Source: Phaeosaccion multiseriatum
Taxonomy: Eukaryota; Protista; Ochrophyta, other classes
Direction of reading: 5' to 3'
Length of the DNA: 64,000 nt
NCBI GenBank assembly: GCA_965112735.1
Contig: OZ218953.1
Span: forward strand, 5,580,001 to 5,644,000
Part shown: piece after piece, positions 25,770 to 37,000 of the stretch
Layout of the letters: every line of letters begins with the position of its first letter
Numbering within the stretch: position 1 is the stretch's first letter
The notes under the pieces: generated by a model
The model's input: only the letters and a program-made list of their open reading frames with translations
Told to the model about the DNA's origin: nothing
Database searches by the model: none
Made by a program: the position numbers and the translations under genes

Positions 25770-26902
25770 CACACAGGCGATGCGCAAAGTCACGGGCTCT
25801 CTGTCCAAGTCCGCGTGCACCGTGGTGTTCATCAACCAGCTCAGAAGCAAAATCGGCGTCATCTACGGCAGCCCAGAGGTCACCGCGGGGGGCAACGCGC
25901 TCAAGTACTATTCGTCTGTGCGCCTTGATGTGCGCAGGAAGGAGACGATGCGGGACGGAACGGGCATCGTGGTCAAGGTCAAGGTGGCCAAGAACAAAGT
26001 GGCACCCCCCTTCAAGGTCAGGGAAGAGGGAGGACGGAGGAGAAAGAGGAGGGACTTGGAGGTGCTGGCTCGCTCGCTCGGTCGCTTGCTTGCTTGCTTG
26101 CTTGCTTGCTCTCGGAGGGGGGATCATCACTAGGAACTCATTCGTTCCGTCATCCGTCCGCCTGCCCGCCCTGCCTCCGGCCTTTCGAGTCATACACCCA
26201 ACACTGGACGGGGCCAGCCGATTGATTCCGTTCCGTGTGATATAACTTGAGTCGCGCCTCTGCGCTGCCTGTGCCTGTTGCCTCTGCTGCGCAGGTTGTG
26301 GAGCTGGACGTGCTGTTCGGAAAGGGCATCGACTCCGTCTCCTGCCTGCTCGACGCCGGGGAGAAGGCGGGCTGCATCGAGCGCAAGGGCTCCTGGTACA
26401 GCTACGACGGCAACAACGTTGCTCAGGGAAGGCTCAACACCGTGGACTGGCTCAAGAAGGTGCGTTGTGTGCGCCGGAGAAACACGTTAACATGCACTCC
26501 GCTCTGCCCGATAGCTCTACCCGCTACCTCTACACTGTAGCTCTGCCCTACAGCAGCGGTAGCACTCTGCCCAGTGGTAGTAAGCCAACTAACTGAACCC
26601 CCCGAGCCGTCTTGTCACACCAACACGATGCTGTGTACCCCGTATGCATGTATGTATCATCGCAGAACCCTGATGCCCGGGAGAGTCTCGAGCAAAGGGT
26701 GCGCACTCAGCTGTCGGTGGATGGAGGGGCCGCTCAAGTAGAGGCTGACGAGGATGAGGGGCAGGACCTTGGGGAGGGGGAGGCGGAGGAGGAGGGGGAC
26801 GCGGAGGAGGAGCGCCCCTCGTTTGAGCGAGATCAGCCTCGGGCGAAGGACGGATTAAATCAGATGGACATGGCAGCGCACTTCAGCCAGGGAATCCTCT
26901 AA
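24329..26902 (+). CDS. recA: Nucleus-encoded, plastid-targeted RecA; 5 exons
   Basis: Bipartite presequence (..SSVQAFVP). [44 protein letters not shown] (Walker A), [57 protein letters not shown], and an acidic C-terminal tail. Confidence 0.95.
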
Positions 26903-26973
26903 ATGATACCACCAGGGAATCTCTAAATGATGCCACCAGGGAATCCTCTAATCAGCCAGGGGATCCTCTAAAT
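26885..26973 (+). repeat. About 4 degenerate tandem copies of CCAGGGAATCCTCTAAAT spanning the recA stop codon and 3' UTR
   Basis: Direct repeats of the last codons plus TAA are visible in the sequence. Confidence 0.8.
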
Positions 26974-27480
26974 GGTACACAAACCGAAGTGCTTTCAAAG
27001 GAAGGCCTCTGTTTGGTAAGGGTTGTTGAGCTTTGAGCTTTGGTCGGTCCTTGTCAGCCGCGGCATCGCCCCGAGGGGAGAGGGGGAAAGGATCAGACGG
27101 TGACTTGTAACAATACACAATGGGGGGGTGGGACGAGGGGGAAGGACCTTAGGGCTGGGCACCGTACACCGCGTCGGAGAGAGCCGAGGAGGGCAGGACG
27201 AGGTAGGGGCAGCACAGGACAGGGGAAGGCAGTGGATGGCCCTGCACATGGTTGGCAAAGGAGACAAGTCCGCAGCGACTTTACATGTAGATGAACAAGA
27301 AAGGGAGCCGTACATTACAGCCGTATGTATATATGACAATAAATCGGCGCTCTTGATTTGATTGCCCAATGGCTTTGGATGCTTTCACTCTCCTTATTGT
27401 ACCAGTGGGACCAGCCTACGCTCCCACTGCTCCACTTTATGCTTTACTGCCGGCCAACGGCTATGTCCACACTTCAAATG

Positions 27481-28633
27481 TCAAAACTCGGGCGAAGCAG
27501 ACCGTGTCAAGCCGTAGTAGCCTGCAGTCACTGCAGTCACTGCTCCGCCCCGCCCCTCTTCTCCCGCCCACTCGGCCCCCTCTTGTGCCCCTCCGCTCTC
27601 GCCCTCGCCCTCGCCCTGCCCCTGCCCAGGCCACTGCTCCTGCTGCTGCTGCTCCATCATGTGATCCTCCTCCTCTTCCTCTTCGTCCTGTGCTTCCACG
27701 AGCTCCGGAAAGGTGAGAGCAAAGATGGCCTGAGAGATGAGGGCCTTGACCTCGTCTGCCAGCCCTCCCTTCTTGGCCCCGCCCCAGCCCTTCTTGCCAT
27801 CCGGCACGAGCATCCGTTCGAGGTCCACAAAGGCCTTCTCAGCTCTGAGGTTCGAAGCAATCGTAGCAGGGGGGAAGGAAATGAGAAGTGGGCGGAGGGA
27901 CAGACAAGGAGAGAATAAAGTCGGGAAGACGCTAAGCACGACTGAGACGCTCTGCCGTGCGAGGCCCAACGCTCAACGCTCAACGCATGTGAGAGCTCTG
28001 GAGGGAGGCTCACGAGAAAATCGAATCGACATTGATGTTCGATATGGGCCGGGAAGAAACTGAAACAGCGTACCTTGACTCCCACGTCCATTGTGCTTGG
28101 TCCTCAAGCCGTGTCCTCAGGGCCTTCATCCCCTCCGCCACCACGGTCAAGTGCTCGTCATCGTCGAAACACATCGCCACTCCTTCGAGAGATGAGAGTG
28201 GACGGGGAGGAGGGGCACGCGGAGGACGGGGGTCAAACTCACACACGCACACACGTACTACGAAGTACGAAACAAAACCGCTCCCTTTCTTCCCTCGAGG
28301 CCGGGTTTTCTCTCACTCACCTTTGAGCCTGGTGGCCAGTGCCTCGACGGGCCCCCAGCCCCCCGCCTCCTCTACCGCCTCTTCCACCCCGGGGAAGCCA
28401 AGTAGGCTCAGCACGAAGTCGCGCGCTTTGAAGGCGGCGAGGGCCTCTGCTACGCAAGAGAAGTGGCGCATGGACAGCTCTAGGGTCCGCCCCTGCCCGC
28501 CCCCCCCTCCTCCTGCCGTTCTCCCTGATGGCGCCCCCCCTCTCCCTGCTGCCCCTTTTCTTGTTGCCTTGACTTGCTCAATGTATCTCTCTGCGTCTTC
28601 CAATCCCTTGGGCACGTGAGAGTGCTCACTTCC

Positions 28634-28679
<46 letters not shown>

Positions 28680-30031
28680 ATCCCCAGCTGCTGCTCCTGC
28701 CGTCGCCCGTAGGCATGGAGCTCACGCAGCGCCTGCGCAAAGATGGAGGCGAGGGCTCCATCCATAGCCGCTGCGCTGGACTCGCCTTGGGTGGGCAGCC
28801 TCATGTCTACAAGCCGCCACACAGAGCTCCGGATGGAGTCACCGTCAACGTCACCGCTGCTGGAGCCAGAGCTACCGCCCACGCTGAGGGGGAAGGGTGA
28901 ATATAGAGGGGCGGGGAGAGACGCGGTGCTGGTGAGGCGGAATCGTTAGTTTCGAATGGTGCTGTAGAATAGGTTGGGGTGGCAAAGGCAAAGCGCGAAC
29001 CAAACGGAGAGCGGGTCGAGGTACTATCGCTTGTACCGCCCAAAGAACGCAGAGCAGGGAGGGACGAAATACAACACAAAAAGTATCACGAAAGGACACC
29101 ACCATTTTCGTACCTCGCGCCCTCACCGCAGAGAAGAAAAGGGTTCACTGTGGGTGCGGCCATCCCGAGGGGCTCGCTGTTGAGGAGGCGGCGAAGGTGG
29201 AAGCGCAGGAGCGAGCTCAGGAAGCCCGCAAGGCGCGAGCGGAGGGGCGACTCCAGCGCCGCCACTCTACTCCACCCCGCCACGCCGCCCGACATGGACT
29301 GAGACGAGTCAGGGGAGGAGAATGAGGAGGGGGGCCTGCACGAGTACACACAGCAGAGCTCTCGAAGATAACAGGCCGCCGCTGAAGTCACGTGCGTCTC
29401 GGACACCTCCGAGCCCATCTGCCGCGCAGCCTCTACCACCACTCCGGCCAAGCTGAGCCCCGTCCCTGCTACTGCTGTATCACCAACTCCTGCGTCTTGT
29501 ACGGTGTGAGTCGGTGGAGCGGCGGCTGCTACTACCGAGGATGACGAGTCTGTTGATGACTTAGCGACCATCACAGCTATGGAGGGGCTCTGCTCGCTCC
29601 TGCTCGCGCTGCTCTCGCTCTTAAGCGCACTCCTGCGCGTACCCGTCGCTGCCCCTCTGCCGCTGCGGGCAATGGTCTTCAGAGCTCGCATGAACGTCAG
29701 CAGCGCGTCCTCCCCCCCCTCCCCTCCTGCAAAGTGTCCAGCACGACTGCTGACGGCCCTGCCCTTAACAATATCCTCCTGCTCAATGACCCTCGACAGC
29801 AACTCTGCGCACCGCTCGGAGGTTCGCCGCGAGGCCGGCCTGGAGTCGACAGGAAGCGCCACCGCCGACAAGTCAAAGCTACAGAAGCGCACCTTGCCCA
29901 GGGGGGGGGCGCTACTCTCCGCTCGAAGGCTCTCCACCGCGGCGGCCTCCGCTGCCATCATGGCCTGGAGCATCGGGAGCAGGGTCACCACCCCCGTCTG
30001 CTCCTGTTGCCCTTGCTGCTGTATCACCAAC

Positions 30032-30067
<36 letters not shown>

Positions 30068-30218
30068 TGCTGGACGAGAGCCAGGGCGGAGGCGAAGACC
30101 GCTGGCAGCACGGCTCCGGCAGTATGGCGATATTTGAGGCGGGCGGCCTGCTCCATGATTTGCTGCCCCGAAGGGACTACAGGCAAGGGAGGGCGCGACC
30201 AAGAGGAAGCGCCTTGTC

Positions 30219-30257
<39 letters not shown>

Positions 30258-30872
30258 CTCCCACGCCTCTGTGGCCATAAGCCGTCCGCAGCACTTGTAA
30301 CTCGCGCTCTACACGCAGAGCCTCGGGCTCCATGGGCTCAGCCTCGAGCAGGGGGGGATTGGCTGCAGAGGCGGACGTGTCCGGCCCGGCTTTTGTCTGT
30401 CCTACCAAAAGCCCTCCTGGGGTCTTTCCTTGCTCTGCCCAAAGAACGCTCGAGCAAGAGTCCTGCGTGCCGCCCATCGACTCCACAACAGGGACTTGGC
30501 TGGCATCTGTACCACTGCTGATGCCGCTGATGCCGCTGATACTGCTGGTGCCGCTGGTGCTGCTGGTGACCGGCAAAGGGGCGGCAACTGCGAGGGCCTT
30601 CTCGTCAAGCTTCCGCCGCCTCCGTCCGGCAGCGTCTTGCGCTGCGAGGGCGCGTAAGTTGGTGCTGCTGCTGTTAGTGCCCTTACCACCACCCCCTTGC
30701 ACAGCCCGAGCCGCAGCCTTGCGCTTAATGGGCAGGGGAGACGGCAGGCAAGGCCAACCGGAGGTGTGTGAATGTGTGAGGGCAGAGGCCACCGGGGCGG
30801 AGGATGGCACGCACTTTCGCTTCTTGACCACCTTCCCCCGCTCCTCGGGGATGGGCACGAGGCCTGGATGTC

Positions 30873-30913
<41 letters not shown>

Positions 30914-31862
30914 ATCACCAATTGCCCCCTCTGAGCACCCCCGGAGGCGCCTCCTTTCCCTCCCTGGCCCTGACGAGCTGCAGCTGCTGGCTTCGACCCA
31001 CCTCTCCCCCCTGCCGCTGTTTTGGCGGTGGCCTTATTCGTCCTCCTCGCCCCCTGCGTCTCGTCAGTCGCCTTGTCAGCCTTCCTCACTTCTGCCACAC
31101 CCCCTCCGGCGGTTTCAGCTGTTGCTCCGGGTACTGCGGAGGTCCCATGCGCTGTCACCGCCTCCCCGTCTCTTGCTGCTCTACCTGCTCCTCCCTTCTG
31201 CGGAACATTCCGACTCCTCTTCACGCCCCGCTCCCGCTCCCCCCCCCCCTCCTCCTCCTCCTCCTCCGCCACGACTTGCTCGTTGTACACCACGCGGCCC
31301 CTCCGACTGATCCTCAAGCTCCGACGACGGAGGGATTGGTCCCTCTTCTGCACCTGCTCTGTCATCTTCAGAATCTGTGCCGAGATTGCCGCCGCCTCTC
31401 CCCCCCCCTCTCCCTCCCCGCCTCCCTCCCCTGCACTTTGTCCATCCTCTCCGCTGCCCCCCCCCCCCCCCTTGCCGCCCCTGCTACTACAACTACTTGT
31501 GCGGGCCTCACTTCCCCCCACCACCCCTGATTCTGCATCGCCTGCTTCTGCTTCGTCGTCATCATCCTTCAGGAAATCATCGTCAATCACGAGCATCCCC
31601 TCCCCTGCTCCTGCTGCTGTATCACCAACTGCTGCTGGTGCTCGTGCTGCTGGTGCTCCTGCTGCTGGTGCTCCTGCTGCTGGTGCTGCTGTGGTTGGGT
31701 CTCCCCCAGTTTTTGGGCTGTGATTCCACTCTCCAATCCTGCCGAGTCCGATTCCCAGCAACATGTCGTCGTTCTGCGGCATGCCGAAGTCGTCAGGCAT
31801 GGCCACCTCGTCCAACTCAGAAACATCCATCAAGTCCTCCGCTGCCGATATGTCTCCTCCTC

Positions 31863-31893
<31 letters not shown>

Positions 31894-33897
31894 ACCCTTT
31901 CCTCCTCCTTCGCTCCCCTCTTCTCCGTTCCTTGCCAGGGACAGCGCCTGCGTGTCAGCCTTTGCTTCCAACGCTGTTGCTGCTTCTGTTGCTGCCGCTG
32001 CGTGTACTGCTTTTGGTGCTGCTTTTGCTGCTTCCGTTGCTGCTGCGGCTGTTGCGACTACTGGCCTTTCTTCGTGTGTGCAATCTCCAGCACCTTCGCC
32101 ATGCTTCTCTTCCGTCGCTGAGACGGGGGCTGCTGGGATGAGACTCCGAAGCAAGGCGTCTCCCTGCAGCTCCTGCCCCAGGTTTGCTGACGTAAAAAGC
32201 TCCTTCAGGCCGCGCGCTAACGTCTCTACCGCCGTCTCGCCCGTCTTCGTTCCTTCGTCCATCGCTGTAGCGGAGGTGGCGGTAGCCATACCTTTCCCCC
32301 GTTTGCTGCCTCTGCCTCTGCCTCTGCCTCTGCCTTGCTCTTGACCCTCGTCTTGCTCCTTGGTGGCGCAGCCCCCTGCCCCGCCCTCCCCTGCAATTGT
32401 GTGAGCGACGACGGCCCTCAATCCCTGCTGTAGCGCAACAAGCTTGTCCTGGACACATTTCACCTCCTCATTGGCCCTCGTTAAGGCAGCCTTGTCCTTC
32501 TTTCCCTTGGCCTTGAGAGCAGCTGCGCTTTCCTTGAATCGCCGCTGCGCCGCGTCACTCTGCTCTTTCAAACAATCTACTTGGGCGCTCAGCTCGCCGT
32601 TCTCGCGGGTAAGAGCAGCGGTTTTGAACCCTTGCTGCTCTTGTACTTGCTGCTGCCTCTCTGTCCCCTCCTCCCGCAGTCTGTGTGCTTCTTGCAGCGC
32701 TGTGGCCAAACCTGATGCCATGTCCCTGCCCTCAATCTCCATGGAGTCCACACGGGCCCTGAGGGCGGCATTCTCCTCTTGCAGACTAGTCTGCCGTCGA
32801 ACGAGTTCCCTCCTCTCCGCCTCGGCCTCTCCAGCAACCGCAGCAACCGCAGCTTTGGTCTTTGCCAGCCCCTGTTGCTCGTCTCGCTCTTTCTCCTCGC
32901 GAACAATCGCCGCCTCCCTGCCCAACCTCACGTTCTCCGACTCCAGCGTCTCGATCTTGCTCTGAAGCTTCTGCACCTCAACTTCCGTCTTTTTGGCCTG
33001 CTGTAAAGTTTCCTCCCTTTGAGCACAAGCCCCCTGTACCTCTCCCACCAAAGCCTCAGCTGCCAGCTTGGCCGTCTTGGTCTCGTGTCTTGCGAGCGCC
33101 AGCTCGCTCTCCAAACCAGCCACACGCTCCTCCAAAGTCTTGATCTGTTGTATCGACGCCACCCACTTCGCCTGATGTTGCTGTTGCTCCTCCTCCTGTT
33201 GCTTCGCTTTCTGCAGCTCCTCCTGACGCTCTTGCTTTTCTTGACTGGGCTCTTCCTTATTCCGGGCGGCTTCTTTCTTCTCTTGCTGCTGCCGCTCCTC
33301 CGTGCAGCTACCGCCGCTCTCCGCCTTTCTTGGATGACCGTCATTGCCCCTATCTATCCTTCCGGCGTCTACCCCCCTAACTCCTGCTACCCCTACTACC
33401 CTATGGTGTTGTTGTCGTTGCTGTTGCTGCTGTTGCTGCTGTTGTTGTCTATATTTCTGCTTTTCCTGTTGCTTATGTTTCAAGTCTGCGAACAGTGAAG
33501 GCTGACCACAGCTGTTCGTGCCCCCGGCTGGGGATAGTGGCCCCGAATCTTTCCCATCGGCACTGCTGCCACCACCGCCACCCCCATTCTTCCCGTCTTT
33601 CCTCGACGCGTGGAGAGAGGGGACAGAAAACTGCGCCAGCGCTTCGCCTACTCCAGACGTAAGAAGACCACTCGGTCGAGCCTTCCCCTTTCTCGGACTT
33701 CTTCGGAGCTGCTGTTGCTGTTGCTGACCTGCTGAGCATTCAGGGAACTCCGTTCTCTGCTTGGTTGCCGCTACTTCTTCCCTATTAATATCCTTTACCC
33801 CCAGGGCCTTCTTGCCACTGCCTGCCCTGCCACTGCCTTCGCTGCCCACGCCCCCCTCCGGAGCTGCTCCTGGTCCATCCGTGAAGATGAACGGCAT
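27481..33897 (-). CDS. Large hypothetical protein: N-terminal coiled coil, long low-complexity (polyQ/G/A) middle, helical C-terminal part; about 4 exons
   Basis: 1603-aa ORF with a heptad-rich region (IKTLEERVAGLESELALAR..LQSKIETLESEN). Downstream exons at about 28883-28321, 28185-28074 and 27845-27481 join in phase through GT-AG sites. No family recognised. Confidence 0.7.
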
Positions 33898-34038
33898 ACT
33901 CAGGAGGATCTCTCTCTATTCTCTCTCTTGCTTATATAAAAAAATCCTCTAACGGTCGTTCCGCCGACACTCGAGAAGATGGCACTGGATGGATGGCTTG
34001 CTCATGCGTTGGGCATACCATTGGACACCCCAAAAGGG

Positions 34039-37000
34039 ATGAAGCGGGCCAAGGCGTCAGGAGAGGCCAAGGTGGTTGGTCCACCCCCTGTGCTACTGCT
34101 CTTCGCCGCGACGGCATTGCTACAAACGGTCCATGTCACGGCCTTCAGCCTTGTTCATTCTCCCCCTGCCTCTGGTCTGGCCCGGCGCAGCAGCAGCGGG
34201 AGCACGCGCAGGAGCAACAGATTGCGGGGTGAAGGGAGTGGGTGGGGTTCTCCTTCATCGTGTGGCTGTGGGAGAAAAAGTTGCGGCAAGAGAGGGGGCA
34301 GTCAGCAGCAGTACGGCTGGAGAGAGGAAGGTCTGCTGTTGAGGAAGTCAACTGCTCGTGATGGAGAAGAGGTGCAGGATGGCAGTCGGAAAAGGCGCAG
34401 AGGAGACTCCAGCAGCAGGAGAAGTCGGCTCGCTGACACGAGGCTGGCTGCGGCGAGCACTCCAACAGGCAGCGCGGGGGGGGGGGGTGACAAGGCGCGA
34501 GGCTTAACAAGGAGAGACTTGCTATCCTCTGCCGCCCTGGCCGCCACTACGGGCACTGCCGCTGCAGCAGTGCTCACGGCTTTCCCTCAAGTATCCAAGG
34601 CAGCAGCGGCCGCAGCGCTAGGAGGATCCGGCTCCCCTGCCTCTGGATCTTTCAATTACGTCCCTCCCGAGCTGGTGTGGACCCCCGTGAACGAGGCGGG
34701 GCAGGCAGCGGCCAGCGGGACGGGGACGTACAGCCCGCGCTTCACAGCCTACTTGGCCCGATTCCTCCTGAACTTCGACCCCCGCAGCATGTACTGGTGG
34801 GAGCAGCAGAAGAGAAAAGTACCCCGAGACAAGGCCGAGGCACTGGCCAGGGAGCTGATGGAAAATGGCTCCGACGCGGTCTTTCGAGCGCTCGATCTCA
34901 ACAAAGACGGCGAGGTGGACAAGGAGGAGTTCTTCGTGTCGCTGAGCAATCAGAAGAGCGCCTTTAGTGGCTTCCAAGCCTCCGTGAGCTTTGGTAAGTG
35001 CAGGGTCCGAGGTGGGCGTAAGTGTTCGCGCCTCGGGCATGCCTCGTTTTGTTGTCTACACTGTTCGTCCTCCGCCCTCCTCGAGACTGCTTTTTGTCGG
35101 TGATGTCTTTTTATGCTCCTGAGAATGAATGCAAGTCGATTAGTCCATCCCTCCCTCGATGAGTATCGTCCTCCTCTCCTGTTTCTCCTCTCCTCTTCTC
35201 TCCTCTCCTCTCCTCTCCTCCCCCCCCCCCTCCCGTCCCCTCCCCGCGCGTCTCACGCCAACTCACTCACTCACTCGCTCACTCAGGCCTGCGCAATTAC
35301 CAAGGGAAGGACGGCACGCAACGCCTCTTCACCCTGCTCATGGACGAGTTCGGCCGCTCTCTGTCCAACAAGCGCCAGATCGCGCTGCTCTTCTCTCTGC
35401 TGGACTCCGAGCAGCCCACGCAGCTCATCAAGAAGCTCATCGCCGAGACGGACAACTCCTCCGTGGAGTCGTACAAGTAGGTGCTACTGAGTGAGTGAGT
35501 GTGTTCTGGCTAGAGGGGCTAGGTGGTTATGTTTTGTGTGCTACTGAGTGAGTGAGTGTGGCACGTCAGCGAGAGGCGAGGGAGAGGCGAGGGGGGGAGG
35601 GACTTGTGTTCGTGCTGGAGCTCTGGGAGAGGAGAGGAACGAACAGCGAGGGGCTATGGCATATACCCATATACCCATAAACTAAGTAAAGTATCCTTGT
35701 CCCCACGTCCCCACTACCCTTCCCTCCCCGCCCCCCGCCCCCCCCCCATCCACTGCCATCTCTCTCGTTTCTCTTAGGGTTGTGAATGGAGGCTCTGGCT
35801 ATTCTCCCCGGAAGCCCCCTCTAGTGACTGTGGAGAAGCCTCTGTACAAGGCGGATCAGGCCACCGCCAAGTGCACTCTCAAGCCCACGGGCCGCTTATT
35901 CCGCATCAAGGTAGGAACCACAGAGGGGGGCTTAAGTATGCTTAAGTATGGCCGGTATAGTCTGTCCCCTTTCTGTTTTTCAAGGACGAGTGGGGAGCAG
36001 GCCAGCGCGAGCCGTTGTGTTGTGCCTTGGGGAGGGAGCAGATGACAGAATAAGTGAAGAGAGCACTTGGACCCTGGGCCGGCTCCGAGGGACGAGGACA
36101 CCATCCAGGGTGACCACAGGGAGTACCACCAAAGTGCCACCAGATTGGTCGCTCCCCGCCCTCTCCCCCACCTCTTGCTCCTTTGGCATGATGTCACTTC
36201 GCTACCATCCTGGCCGTTTTCCCGATGCCGTCTTGGTCACTCTCTTCGCTGTATTTATGCACACCGTGCCGGGCGTCCCTGCACTTGCCAACACTTGCCT
36301 GGCCGCTGAGCATGCCTCTTCCTCTGTACCTCCTCTGTCTCTGTGTGCACCCCCCCCCCCCAGGTGCTCAGCGGCGGCAAGGGCTACACCAGCCCCCCCG
36401 AGGTGACTGTTTCCAGTCCGGCGTGGGGCAGAGGCGAGTCTGCCAAGGCCATCGCCACCATCAAGGGCGGGCAGGTGGCGGGCATTGTCCTGACCAATCA
36501 GGTGGGGAGGGGAGATACACAGTAGTTAGCAACCCTGTACATGTTTGGTCTTAGATCTCTTGTTCTCGTGTGTTCGTCTTGGTCCGCTCTCTGTCTGCTG
36601 ATGCCCTTGCCCTGCCTTGCCTCGCTGCTGTGCTCTCTCCTTCAGGGAAAGGATTACAGCCCCGATGACCCGCTCATTGTCTCGATTGGGCTGCCCACCC
36701 CCAAGGACGCCAACGTGATTCAGGACCTTGAGTCGGTCATGGGCGGTGAGTTGTGCGTTGTGCGTTGGAGGGCACCACTGGGAGTCCGCTTGCTGGTGCT
36801 GCTGGTGCTGGTGCTGGTGCTGGTGCTGCTTCTTCTGCATTCCCAAACTGCCTGTCTCCGAGGCTTTGGACGGTGGCGGATTTGTTTTGTTGGGCTCAAG
36901 TCTTTCCCCTTGGACTCATCGTTCCTTCCTCCGTGCCCCTCTTTGCCTCTCTCCCTCCCTCCCACCCGCCAAATCGATTGCCCACACCACACCAACACCT

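Noticed and set aside
25700-25775. (CT)n(CA)n and other microsatellites (4883-4914, 11575-11607, 47065-47140)
   Set aside because: Ordinary intronic simple repeats.
24329-26902. recA as bacterial contamination or recent HGT
   Set aside because: It has spliceosomal introns, a plastid presequence and host-like composition.
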